In this document: piece by piece, positions 12,246 to 25,323 of the stretch | How positions within the stretch are numbered: the stretch's first letter is position 1 | How the letters are laid out: every line of letters begins with the position of its first letter | NCBI RefSeq assembly: GCF_035084215.1 | Contig: NC_090330.1 | Location: 14,694,001-14,758,000 of the forward strand | DNA from: Heptranchias perlo | Taxonomy: Eukaryota | Reading direction: 5' to 3' | Length of the DNA: 64,000 nucleotides | Made by a program: the position numbers and the translations under genes | The notes under the pieces: model-generated | What the model was told of the DNA's origin: nothing | What the model saw: only the letters and a program-made list of their open reading frames with translations | The model's database searches: none

Positions 12246-14071
12246 ATGGCTATGCCTGCGAGAGAATGTGCACCAAGGTGCACTAGAAGCCTTGGTGCAA
12301 GAGGTGGAGAGAAGGAAGGGCACCCTGTATCTGCAGGGGGGCAAGAGGCCCTCCAGACATATACTCAAGATGCAGTGGGAGGAAGTAGCAGACGAGGTAA
12401 ATGCCAGGAGCATAGCGCCAAGAACCTGGATGCAGTGCAGGAAGAAGTTCAATGATTTAACACGAGTTGTCAAGGTGAGTGAGTTCAAGTTGCAGGTAGC
12501 ATATCGTACCAACTACACCACTAGCCTCATCCACTGCTCAATGCCCTACACCCCCCTATCATCCACCTACCAACAATCTCTTTCAATCAGAACTCAACTG
12601 TTCAAATCAGATGCTTCACCTCACCCTCACACATTATCACTGTTGCAGGCCGCAACTCACAAGTCACACACACTAGTCAATCATGTCAGCCACATCATCC
12701 AAACATCTTGCACAACACTCACTGACACACATCCCTCTTTCTCACAGGAGAAGGTAGCACATAACAGGAGACACCAAGAAAGAACTGCAGGAGGACAAGC
12801 GTGCCTACACGCCTTAACTTCCATGGAGGAGACAGTGTTAGCCATCAGTGGAAGGGCCATCGATGAGGGCTTCGCCCCGGCGGTGCTGGAGGGATCGATG
12901 ATGAGGGTCTCCGCGTACCTAGTCCTCCTTCTCTCTTCCCACTTCTCCCTCATCCCACAATCTTTTCTGACTCAAGTGCTGCAGATGGTGTAAGCACGCA
13001 CTACTTACTTTCACCTCTCCCCTCACCACAACTCAACCCGTGTCCCTTTGTCATTTCAGATGCCCAAGAAGTGGAACCTGCCCAGTCAGAGGAGGCAGAG
13101 GAAGGTGACAGTGATGATGAAGAGACACCGTCACTTGATCTTACACTCACAGCCACCAGGTCAGGGATTGACACTGCGCGTACTTTACAGGCTAGGATAG
13201 AGGAGGGATCTGCACATGGTGAGACATCGGGCGCAAGTGCGCAGGAGCCGGGGTGGGGGGAAAGAATATTGCAGGTGCCAGCTCACCAGAGGGTGAGGTC
13301 ACAAGCTAGTTCTGCTGCAGAGGATCCACATGATCACTTTGATGGGCCAGGCTACAGAAGATGGCTAATGGGCCTACACAACCAATGCTTAGTGCACTGG
13401 AAAGTCTGCGCACAATGTCAAGGAGCACAGAGGAGTCCAGCTCCAACTTGGCACATGGCTTTCCACAGAGCTTGGAGCCCATCCTTTCCCACATGGAATG
13501 GATGGTCACCTCCATCAGCACACCTGTGGAACCCACCATGATGCAGCATCTGATGACCAATGTCACAACTTCCATTGCAGCACAAACATCTGCCATCAAA
13601 GGTCTGACTCCAGAATTGGGAGCTCAGACTGCTGCCGCGGAAGGTCAGACAGCTGCTATCGTTGCTCTGGGGACCACTGGGGAACGGGGCTTCCAGAGCG
13701 TCACAGCAGACCAACAATCCGTTCTCCAGCAGATCACCAGGATTGCTGAGGTGCCACCCTGGGACAGTGGCAGTGGCACAATGGAAGATGAACCTGCTGT
13801 CCTCTCTCAGGAAGACAGCGTTCCTGCTTCCATCCCTGCCACTCCACCAGTGCCCTTGCTGTTGCCTGTCAGCCAGCCAGGCCAGACTGCTGCAGCCCAG
13901 GCCGAGATGGTGCAGTGTGAAGCCGGGCGCTGTCAGCCCAGAGCTGCTCAAGGTCATCCTTCAATGCCATCTGCACTCTCCTCAATTGAAGGCCAGCAGC
14001 CTTCCACCACCCATGCTCCAGCCATTGGGGGGGCATCTTGTTGGAGCACTAGGAAAGGTACAGGCACATGA
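12246..14071 (+). pseudogene. Harbinger Myb/SANT-like DNA-binding protein gene, 3 exons (12246-12474, 12748-~12906, 13060-14071), frameshifted
   Basis: ALEALVQEV...QWEEVADEVNA...RTWMQCRKKFNDL (Myb/SANT trihelix); donor AAG|GTGAGT at 12474; acceptors CTCACAG| at 12747 and TTTCAG| at 13059; exon 2 EKVAHNRR...TAGG...LTSMEETVL. Confidence 0.85.
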
Positions 14072-14297
14072 GAGACAGGCACGACGGGACTGCACATGGG
14101 TGAATAGTCTCATTTTGTTTGCATTGTTTCATGTGTTAATTTATAAATGTGGATTTCAATTTGTATTTGGTGTTGGTTTTTATTTCTGCGATGAGCTGAA
14201 GCAATCTGTAATCATAAGGAGGACGATTTGATGGTCATGTGAGAGAGAAAAGGTAAGGAGTGTGGGACTGTTGGTGAACGGGGAGGTATCGTTGAGG

Positions 14298-15360
14298 TTA
14301 CTGGTACCGCTGATTAATAATCTGATCATGCAGAGCCCTGGCAGACAGGGCCTGTCTACATAGTAGCCTCCCTGCCTCTTCCTCCACTTCCAGCTGTACT
14401 TTGTCCTCCTCCTCCACTTCCTCCTCCGCCTCTTCCTCCTCCTCTGCCTCTTCCTCTTGCTCAGGTTCTTGCCTGATAGGCGGTGGCAATGGATGTTCCC
14501 TCATAATGGCGAGGTTGTGCAGCATGCAGCATAGAACGACAAATCTTGATACCCGCTCAGCTGACTATTGCAGGGCTTCTCCAGAGCGGTCCAGGCAGTG
14601 GAAGCATTACTTGAGGATGCCTATGGTGTGCTCTATGATGTTCCTTGTGGCAGCATGGCTCTCATTGTAGGCCTGCTGTGCACGTGTGCGTACGTTCCTG
14701 ACTGGAGTCATGAGCCATTTTATGAGGGGTTAACTCTTGTCACCCAGTAGTCAGCCTTTGATTTGCCATGCTGGTTGAAATATAGGTGTTACATTGGACT
14801 GCCGCAGGATGAAGGAATCATGACTCATGCCAGGATAGCGGGCATTGACCTGCATGGTGCGCTGCTTGTGGTCACACACCAGCTGCACATTGAGGGAGTG
14901 GAATCCCTTTCTGTTCATGAATATGGCCGAGTTCAGATGTGGAGCACGCATGGCAATATGTGTGCAGTCAATGGCACCCTGCACCATGGGGAAGCCTACA
15001 ATGCGAGCAATCCCTCATGCTCGCTCCTGCTGCTTCTCTCTGGCAAGAGGGAATGAGATAAATCTGTTTCTGAGTGCGTACAGAGCCTTATACAGCAGTG
15101 CACTGCAAACTGAGAGATGTTGCTTATATCTCCAACAGCAGCCTGAAAGGAGCCAAAGGCATAAAAATTAAGAGCCACGGTCACATTGACAGTCACAGGC
15201 AATGCTGTCCTTGACCTGCTCTGAGGCAGCAGTTGGCAAATTTCAGTCATGACCTCTTTAGAGAACCGCAGACGTCTGATGCACTGGTAGTCGCTGAAGT
15301 TGAGGTAAGAGAATTGGTCCCTGAAAACCCTCCTTGGATATGGCCTCCTGCTGAGTGCCC
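14298..15360 (-). pseudogene. Harbinger DDE transposase (HARBI1-like nuclease), disrupted
   Basis: VALNFYAFGSFQ, GAIDCTHI, NRKGFHSLNVQLVCD, PGMSHDSFIL, LLGDK, IEHTIG and MLHNLA motifs across ORFs 14996-15250, 14751-14987 and 14298-14525, with stops and frameshifts. Confidence 0.92.
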
Positions 15361-18109
15361 TGTGCCTCCTGCTCCTCCTCCCTCATCTATCAGCTTGTCC
15401 TGCTCTGCGTGGCCTCTCTTTGTTCTCCCAGAGGAAGCCCTAGCAGGCCACTTATATCTGGAAGCAACTTTTCTCAGCACAATATTTTAAATGCCACTAG
15501 AAGTCCAGCCAGACCACCCTCTATTAATATTGAAACATTAACCAAGTATAGGAAACATCCAAAAAGACGAACAATTGCACCAGTAGCCAGAATAAATAAT
15601 CCAGCAACTAACCTGTAAGTACTTCATGATCCCTTTAAATAGCACTGGTGTGGGGTCCTTCATGCCATTTCAGTCCTGTTCAGCTGTGTGAGGTTAAGGC
15701 AGGGTGTTGGCTGGAGCGTGGAGCTCCAAAATTTCACCGGTTGCTTCAAATCAGCGTTGCACACTGACGGCATTTGCGGGACTTAGGTGCCCACGTAGCA
15801 CCTACAAAACGGGCACGAAATGATCCAATTTCTTCCCCCACATGCTTCCAACCATCTGGTGCTAATGAACATGAATTGCTTCTCTGAATGCACGGTAATC
15901 TTTCTTCCTAATTTACAAAAAAAACAATAAACAAAAGAAATGTCAAAATGGGATCAGACTAAAAATCTCCAGCGATGCAAGGTAGATAATGAAGCAGACA
16001 AGAATTATTTTTCCATAAAATCATATTTTAAAAGAAACTGTGAGCCCAAAATTCCTCTCTCTAGCACCAGGGTTACACTCATTTTACAAGCGTTGCAGAG
16101 AGGAAAAAGGGGTGGAGAATCTTTGTGTTGGGTTTACTCCCTATAAACACTGCATTGGCATTTCTGGGGATTTCCTAACTGGGCATACATGACCTGTGCC
16201 AACAGTAGGTGCTGACCCATCGTTGCCATATTAATAAGGCAGGAGGAGGCATTCCCGGTCCTCCAGCCTCATTCTCCTTTCACTATAACCAAGAGGCACC
16301 TACTTCTAGCTGGGCCTTGTACCAGGAACCACCTCATATCAGAGACCCTGAGGTTGCCCAGCAGAAAAGTGAAGAGAACCCTCAAAGTTAGTTTTAAATT
16401 TCCTTTTCAGGTACCCACCTGAACCCTAGATCTTGGGACCTTCTGGCTGCTGTTCTCCAACACAGCTGCAGGTCTCCGATTCTGCCTCTGTTCCTAGCAT
16501 AAGGCCTTCCCATGGATCAGTGCTGCACAGGGGCATGACAAGGCGATGCTAATGGTCCAGTGCACCAAATATGAGGGCATTTCAGGCTGGACAGGTGGAG
16601 CACACTTCATGGCTACTATCCCAACTTGGTTTCACACACTTGCCTATCTCATATAAACCTTGGTCAGTTTGGACTTAAATGCTTGAGTCAAAGTAAAGCC
16701 TAGAAATGATTGCTAAAGGAGGCAGTAAAATTAATGGGTGAACACTTGAGTTAAAATAGCAAAGGAATGTTAAGCATCCATCCACTAATATTGCTAGCGG
16801 TAATTTCTAGGTTTGTATCACAGTTAAAAAGAATCCCATAAAGATGAAGCTTTGAATTTTCCATTAAGGATCACTTAGTGGGTTACTTGGTCGAGCACTA
16901 CATTGGTATGGCAGCATTATAGAACCTTTATTGGGGCAAGCAATCGTCCCGTGACATATCCTGCAAATTTCCACACTGGCCACATGTAGCATGATTTGCT
17001 GTCGAATGATTGCAATTCTTGATTAAAATACCGGAGGTAATGAAAATGCCAGTTTCTAAGCGGATATGAGTGATAGCAAATCACTTGCTGCAACCATCAT
17101 GTCCCATGGAGCCTCACTTTATACCTATCCCTGTCATACTTAATCCCATTTTCAACCAGCTATTTATCCAGTTCCTTTGTGAAGGAGTTAACAAAGCATT
17201 CTCAACTGCCAATCTTCTGCCTCATTACATTTAGCCCCGACTTCAAAAGTCTTCTCAAAAACTATGTTTTTGCCTCGCCTCTCTTGACTCTTAACTCAGT
17301 TTCTGCTCAGTATCTAAATCTTCCCTTCCTTTCCACTTTCTGAAGCTGCTTGAGTCATGTCCCAATGTTAAAGGCACCAAATAAGTCTAAGTTGTTGTAG
17401 CATGTGAACAAATGAGTCATAGCTGCTGCTAAAAGTTTTCATTGTGTGCCCATTTTTGTCTGATTATGCTGCAGTCGTTTTTCTACATAAAAGTCACTAT
17501 ACAAATGCAAGTTTTGTTGTTCTGCTTTGTGTCATGCAAGCTAAATAATTTGTTGGTTCATAATGATGATTCAAGGAGAGATTTTCCACTTCAGAGGCCC
17601 CAGCATAAAGTCGTCCGTACCCACTGTGAGTGTATATTGGGAAATCATGGGCTGGGATGGGCAATTTTCAGGACTGCGCCCCCCTCCCCCCCAATCACCG
17701 GCAGATGTGGTTCCATCCTTGGAGTGGCTAAGGGAAAACTTCCATTCTAATTTCCGTTGAGGTGAGTTTTACATTAATGGCTTGTTCCCAAGTCATGGTA
17801 AATGTGTTCCAGTAAATCATCATTTATAAGTGGCAAGTGTATTACTTGTGATGGTTATTACTTAACAATTTGTAAAAGATTGGTTTCACTGATTTCTGTG
17901 TAATATGGTGAGACAGTTAAATCAGATCATTCCTTCTAATATTTGTGATGTGATTTTAAAGCAAATAAATAGAAAAGGGAACCTATGGAATAGAAATATT
18001 TTGAATTTGGGTGAGCCTATCCATCATAATTTGCAGCCCAACTATACTCCTAGACAATGGAGTGCACCTTCCCCACACATCCCCATGGCCAGTACCAAAA
18101 ATAAACTCT

Positions 18110-18520
18110 AGAAACATGGGAACAGGAGAAGGCCATTCAGCCCTCGAGCCTCTTCCACCATTCAATTAGATCATGGCTGATCTGTATCTTAACTCCATTT
18201 ACCCACCTTGGTTCCATAACCCTAATACCCTTGCCTAACAAAAACCTCAGTTTTGACATTGTCCCCCAGCCTCAATAGCTTTTTGTGGGAGAGAGTTCCA
18301 GATTTCCACTACCCTTTGTAAGAAGAAGTGTTTTCTGACATCACCCCTGAATGGCCTACCACTAATTTTAAGGTTATGCCCCCTTGTTCTGGACTTCCCC
18401 ACCAGAGGAAATAGTTTCTCTCTATCTATCCTATCAACTCCTTTAATCATCTTGAACACCTCAATTAGATCACCCCTTAATCGTCTATACTCGAGAGAAT
18501 ACAAACCTAGTCTATGCAAC
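18110..18520 (-). mobile_element. CR1 3'-end fragment
   Basis: ORF 18247-18549 LGLYSLEYRRLRGDLIEVFKM...VVEIWNSLP. Confidence 0.88.
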
Positions 18521-20499
18521 CAAAAACAAACCCTGATCTTAAAGTGCATGCAGAGGTGTCAACAGACTCATTGTGAGACCGTGCTCCTGGCCCACTGGGA
18601 GCCCATATCAGAAACTCCGGTACGCACTGCCCATGATTTGACACCCATTCATTTGAATTGTTGTAGGTAGTGGGTGTACTTCTGGTGGGCTGGGCTCCCA
18701 GCAGCAGCACAGACTCATATAACCGCCTCCATTGTATCAATGTACGCTCCTGCAAAAGTCATGGAAGTAAAATGTAAACCAGCTGAAAATGTTTCCTTAA
18801 ATTTTCATTGTTATAAAGTGACTTCCTCTTTCCTTTGATTTTTTTTGTTGCAAAAAGCAAGCTCCCTCCCCATAGTCCTTGGGCAAAGACACAGCTCAGT
18901 GTAGCACTAAACCAGACAATCCAAGTTTAATTCCTGGTTTATTGTCAATTAGCTAATATCAGCTGAGGCAGCAGCTGCTACAATGAGCCTCAGTGCCCTC
19001 GGGCTAGGGAGGGGACAACAGTGAGCCAGGGTTTTCATTCCAGTTTACTATCAAGTGATCTGTGCTTTAAAGTGTACGAGAGTGGGCGTCAGGTGAGAAT
19101 ACAGAAATGTCCTCTGCGCTCGAATAACCTGCCAACATTTAAGCCATGATTTTCTGATCTGTGGTATTTTAAAGCTGTTGGTAGTCCATTTACCAATGGC
19201 ATAGTGCCAATCAGAAAAGCTACGACTCATTGTCTAGGTTCCCTTAGGAGGAACGGCCACTTTAGTGAGGCTTGTGATTGCGTTTCCCAAAACACTAGTA
19301 AAATTCCTGGAGTCCCATATCATAAAAACAGAATTTGACTTCTGCGATGACTATAGGCCATCGTACCTGTTATGGCTTCACTCTATCATATTGTGCCATC
19401 ATTTATGGTGTACTCAAATAATGCCGTGTAAAAAGAAAAAGAATTATCCTGTTAGTTTTACACTTGCATTTATGGAGTAAAAATTACACTTTAAGTATCA
19501 CAAATAAGTTTACAGGAAAATGTCCTGTTCGTAAACTGAGGTATGTGCAATAATGTGATTCGTGATGCAGTAACTGGGTCCATATTGCATTAATTTTAAG
19601 AGCTGTTTGCCTATTTTGCTTATTGCATTTCTCCGCTAAACGTCCTTTAGTTACTTGATGTAAACAGCTACCTACATAAGTAATTTATTCATTTCGCTTT
19701 TAAAGTTTTATGCACAATCGCCATTCTCTCATGTTTTCATATGTATTGTTATGTTTTCTTAACAACATTTCACTCCCCTCAGGAAAACTGTTAAATAACC
19801 ACCCTCTCTCCCACCTCCCGCCAACCATCAAAACAAGCCTGTCCCTGTGAAGTTTCTCTGGAATAGCAGGAAAATTCTCCTTTGAAAACTTCATTTAACA
19901 CTCTGCATTTGTTGGCAGTTCCCCCAATATTCTCTCCACCTCTCCTGTTGGGGTATGGGTGCTGGCTGCCCTCCAGTCCCTGAGCTAAGTGGCCACGTGC
20001 CATGCATGAACATAAACAGTGAACATCAACAGGCTATTCATCCATTTAAGGCACGACAGCACAGCCCAATCTTGTCCTCACCTAACATTTACATGCTGAC
20101 ACTTTCCAGCAATAGTCACTGAATAGCAATCAGCTGGAAGAACCTTGATTAATGTAATCCTCCCTCACCAAGAGACAATGACCCAAACTGCAGTATTCCA
20201 TCACTGCTTAGTTGAGACCCAGGTAACTCAACACAGACCAGGAATCAAACCTGGGACATGGGGCATTCGTAGTCTATATGGACTATTTTACAACATTAAG
20301 CCATTGGATCTGTATGGACAAGTTTTACACGATATGGACCTGTACACACTATGGAGTGCATTAACTGTCTAGGCCATTGGGTCTCTATGGACCAGTATCT
20401 CAGTATGTTTACCCAATGAACACATTTTCACTTCTAATTTTTCAATTGAACATTGAAATATTATCCAGCTGGTGGTGAAATGGTGACTCCACACAGCAA

Positions 20500-21660
20500 G
20501 GGAGTAATTTTAACCCCCAAGAATGGGTGGGTCGGGGGCAGGTGGAAGGTTAAAATAGCATCCTGGCACCAATGCGCCTACTTCTGGGTTTAACCCAGGC
20601 GCATTAGATGCATGTGCACCACAGAAGCCTGGACGTCCCGTCCCCCACTTAAAGCCGGCGGGCTGATATTTAAAGGGCCAATTCAGGTAGTTGAAACACT
20701 TTAGGTATTAAACTTTTTGTGGATTCTGCAACAGAAATGGATTTAATTACTCCTGAACGCGTCTCCTGTGGCTTCTACAGCACGCCATTGAAACGGAGGC
20801 GAAAGTTGTAACCGAAGCTCATTTGGCCCTTTAAACCAGTGATTAACACATCTCAATAAAAGCTGAGGTATTGCAGCTGGGCACTCAGTTCTCTCAGACA
20901 AACGTTTGGCTGGGAGTTCTTTGTGTTTAGACTGAGATTTCTTTGTTGAGACTGAGAATTCTTGTGTTCAGACAAATTCACCTACATTTTGGAGCCCCTC
21001 AAACTGACAAGATCAGAATGGGGGGGTGGTGGCAATGGATCTATTTCACAGTCCATCTGAGGAGGAGGAAAACTAAGACGGGGAACCCATCGCCAGAGCA
21101 GTGCACACATTGTTGCCCGTGATGCCAGGGATGCCCTCATCTTTAACAGGTTCTCATAATGAGATGTGCAAATTGAAGACTTTGAAATACTCAGGCCGCC
21201 TGGAACAACCACCACCCCCCCCACCACACCCCGCCCAACCCACTTGCACAAAACAGTCCTTCAAGCACGCATACACCCATTGCACACATGCCCAATTGGT
21301 GGCATTATGTCTTGGCATTCATGATGAAGCACATGAAAGTGCGAATTCACAAAAGGGACTCAATAATGGCCAAGACATGGCAGTGGCGGTGATAATGATT
21401 AAATTTAACGTGCCATAATAAAAAATATATAAATTAACAACATGATAGCTCGAGAAACACCCTTGTGCATACCCTTGGTGAATTACTATTGATTAGCCTT
21501 TCTCTTTCTGCCGCTTCTACGTGGTGCATCCCCTGTGGCTTCAGCAGAGGTATTGGCAGGTTGCTCAGATCCCTGCCCTGACTGCTGAGATGCTCTCGGC
21601 CTATAACCTCTGCGTTTTGGAACCCATGAGGGCCCCACCAAAGACTGCTCCACCTGCACC
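20500..21660. mobile_element. Harbinger internal-deletion derivative, right end lost
   Basis: Terminus GGAGTAATTTTAACCC; 21115-21159 encodes ARDARDALIFNRFS*, resembling the nuclease C-terminus ARALHDQIINQRYQ*. Confidence 0.6.
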
Positions 21661-23915
21661 TAAGCAGGTTTTTTACCCCCAACCTCATGCGCCCTTGTCT
21701 TGTGTAACAACCTTTCGTGTGGCACCTTATTGAATGCCTTTTGAAAATCCATATATACTGAATCCACTGGTTCCCCTTTATCTACCCTGCTAGTTACATC
21801 CTCAAAAAACTCTAATAAATTTGTCAAACACGATTTCCCTTTCATAAAACCATATTGACTCTGCCTAATCATATTATGATTTTCTGCCCTGTTACCACTT
21901 CCTTAATAATGGATTCCAGCATTTTCCGCATGACAGATGTCAGGCTAACTGGCCTGTAGTTCCCTGTTTTCTCTCTCCCTCCTTTCTTGAATAGTGGGGT
22001 TACATTTTCTACCTTCCAATCCACTGGGACCATTTTAGAATCTAGGGAATTTTGGAAGATCACAACCAATGCGTCCACTATCTTTGCAACCATCTCTTTT
22101 AGAACCTAGGATGTAATCCATCAGGTCCAGGGGATTTGTCGGCTTTTAGACCCATTAATTTCTCAAGTGCTTTTTCTTTACTAATATTAATTTAAGTTCC
22201 TCACTCTCATTAGACCTTTGGTTCCCCACTATTTCTGGTATGTTTTTTGTGTCTTCTACTGTGAAGATAGACTCAAAATATCAGTTCAACGTCTCTGCCA
22301 TTTCCTTATTCCCCATGATAATTTCTCCTGTCTCAGCCTCTAAGGGACCCACGCTTACTTTCGCTAATCTTTTTCTTTTTACATACTTGTAGAAGCTCTT
22401 ACAATCTGTTTTTATATTTCTTGCTAGTTTACTCTCATATTCTATTTTCTCCCTTTTTATCAATTTTTTGTTCATCCTTTGCTGGTTTCTAAAACTTTCC
22501 CAATCCTCAGGTTTACTAATCTTCTTGGCAACATCATAAGCCTCTTTTAATCTAATACTATCCTTAACATCTTTAGTTAGTCACGGATGGATCACTTTTC
22601 ACGTGAAGTTTTTATTTCTCAATGGAATGCATACTTGTTGAGAATTATGAAATATTTCTTTAAATGTTTGCCATTGCTTATATACCATCATATCTTTTAA
22701 TCTAATTTCCCAATCAAATTAGCTAACTCGCTCCTCATACCTATGTAATTGACTTTGTTTAAGTTTACGATTCTAGTTTCAGCATTAAGTACGTCACTCT
22801 CGAACTCAATGTGAAATTCTATCATATCATGATCAATCTTCCCCAGAGGATCCCTTGCTATGAGATTACTATTTAACCCTGTCTCATTACACAAGACAAC
22901 ATCTAAAATAGCCTGTTCTCTGGTTGGTTCCATGATGTATTGTTCTAGGAAGCTGTCTCGGATGTGTTCCATGAACTCGTCTTCCAAACTACTTTTGCCA
23001 ATTTGATTTGCCCAGCCTATATGAAGACTAAAGTCCCCCACTATTACTGCTTTACCTTTGTTACAAGCTCCTATTATTTCTTGATTAATACTCTGTCCAA
23101 TAGTATAACAACTGTTAGGCGGGGGGCCATAAACTACTCCCACCAATGTTTTCTGCCTTGTGTTACTTCTTATCTCCACCCATACTGATTCTACTTCCTG
23201 ATCTTCCGAATCAAGATCCTTTCTCACCACTGCCTTCATGTCATCCTTTATTATTAGGGCTACCCCCACCCCTTTCCTTCTCCATTTTGTCTGTCTTTTC
23301 GAAAAGTCAAGTACCCTGGAATATTTAGTTTCAAACTTGGTCACCCTGCAACCACATCTCAGTAATGGCTACTGGATCAAGCCCACTTATCTCTATTTGT
23401 ACCATTAATCCATTTATCTTGTTTCGAATGCTTCGTGCATTCAGATGTAGCACCTTTAATTTTAACTTTTTACTATTTTTCCCTGATATGACCATGTTCA
23501 CTGATGCTCTATTATCGTTAAACTTTCTGTCCCTTCCTGTCACATTCTGCTTATCTTTACCCAAATCGCTACACTGCTCTATGGCCTTGACTTTTCTCTT
23601 CGGATTTATAAATTTCCCCTTGCCTGAACCCTCCCACCCCCCAACTTTTTAGTTTAAAGCCCTATCTACCGCCCTAGTTATTCGATTGCCAGGACACTGG
23701 TCCCAGCCCAGTTTAAGTGGAGCCCATCCCAACGGATCAGCTCCCTCTTTCTCCAGTACTGGTGCCAGTGCCCCATGAATCCAAATCCCTGTCTCCCACA
23801 CCACTCTTTGAGCCACGCATTTAACTCTCTGATCTGTTTGACCCTATGCCAATTTGCACGTGGCTGAGGTAGTAATCCAGAGATTATTACCTTTGAGGTT
23901 CTGCTTATTAGTTTG
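21661..23915 (-). mobile_element. CR1 LINE fragment: ORF1 end, APE endonuclease and RT N-terminus; 3' end missing
   Basis: LHLNARSIRNK..AITE.WL (23331-23564), VGDF and DHDMI (22697-23344), NYRPVSLTSV, YMDFQKAF. Confidence 0.93.
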
Positions 23916-24599
23916 GAGCCTATTAGTTTGAATTAGTTCTGCTTATTAGTTTGAATTTATATCCAGGTAATAGTCATGATGGATATACAGTAGGATGTAT
24001 CCTGCTTAGGCATTGCTACTGTAACCGAATGAAATGCAAAGCTATACTATTTATAGCTATTGCATCTCTTGAAATGGTTTATTTAACAATTTTGAATCAA
24101 TTTCAGTCATCTCTGCATAGGGACAGGTAGCCTTTGCAACAAATGATCACAGGCACTTCACTGCTGAATTCATAAAATCGTTGTTAAATTAATAACTTTC
24201 TCCTTAAAACCTTGTTAAATTCAAATACCAGTGAAGCGTACAATAAATAGATTGTTTGCCCTGCCATAAAACATACCATATTCTTCTTGATCGATGAAAT
24301 GCAACACAAACAAAAAGAAAATCAGTTTGACATATAACATAGGGCCAATAATGTAATGCTTGGCTCTAAGTGGCATCGCTGCACATCAGGTGCCAGTGCC
24401 ACGCATAATGGGCCATTGAGACCTGAGGTTTCTTCAGTGTCCAAATCTCCATAATGCAGCCCTGAAGCGCCTGTGGCACTGAGAGCCTTCATACTTGTCG
24501 TGCACTAGGCTCAGTAAAACACCAAAAATGATTTAAATTAGGTGATAGCAGTTGCAGCACTCGAACAATGCTCCAGATACTTAGAGCCCATACAAAATG

Positions 24600-25323
24600 T
24601 TTTTTTTGTATTCGTTCATGGGATGTGGGCGTCGCTGGCGAGGCCAGCATTTGTTGCCCATCCCTAATTGCACTTGAGAAGGTGGTGGTGAGCCGCCTTC
24701 TTGAATTGCTGCAATCCGTGTGGTGAAGGTTATCCCACAGTGCTGTTAGGAAGGGAGTTCCAGGATTTTGACCCAGTGACGATGAAGGAACAGCGATATA
24801 TTTCCAAGCCGGGATGGTGTGTGACTTGGAGGGGAACATGCAGGTGATGTTGTTCCCATGTACCTGCTGCTCTTGTCCTTCTAGGTGGTAGAGGTCGCGG
24901 ATTTGGGAGATGCTGTTGAAGAAGCCTTGGTGAGTTGCTGCAGTGCATCCTATGGATGGTACACACTGCAGCCACTGTGTGCCGGTGGTGAAGGGAGTGA
25001 ATGTTTAGGGTGGTGGATGGGGTGCCAATCAAGAGGGCTGCTTTGTCCTGGATGGTGTCGAGCTTCTTGAGTGTTGTTGGAGCTGCACTCATCCAGGCAA
25101 GTGGAGAGTATTCCATCATACTCCTGACTTATGACTTGTAGATGGTGGAAAGGCTTTGGGGAGTCAGGAGGTGAGTCACTCACCACAGAATACCCAGCCT
25201 CTGACCTGCTCTTGTAGCCACAGTATTTATGTGGCTGGTCCAGTTAAGTTTCTGGTCAATGGTGACCCCCAGGATGTTGATGGTGGGGGATTCGGCAATG
25301 GTAATGCCGTTGAATGTCAAGGG
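24600..25323 (-). mobile_element. 5'-truncated copy of the young CR1-clade LINE family (same as 60544-62240)
   Basis: Near-identical to 60544-61266; ORF 24730-25119 MEYSPLAWMSAAPTTLKKLD; A-rich tail. Confidence 0.92.

Larger units (their letters stand above)
10150..15839. mobile_element. Decayed autonomous-type PIF/Harbinger transposon interrupted by a CR1
   Basis: Convergent Myb/SANT and DDE genes; right terminus CCAATTTCTTCCCCC resembles the 6702-6715 TIR; 10284-10315 resembles the revcomp of 6275-6310 (upstream-of-Myb region); left boundary uncertain. Confidence 0.8.

Noticed and set aside
13361-14231. Long ORFs (236, 189 and 179 aa) as a host gene
   Set aside because: They are the low-complexity last exon of the Harbinger Myb gene and its alternative or antisense frames
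14298-15360. Domesticated HARBI1 gene
   Set aside because: Multiple stops and frameshifts, an adjacent Myb gene and a TIR-like end indicate a dead transposon copy
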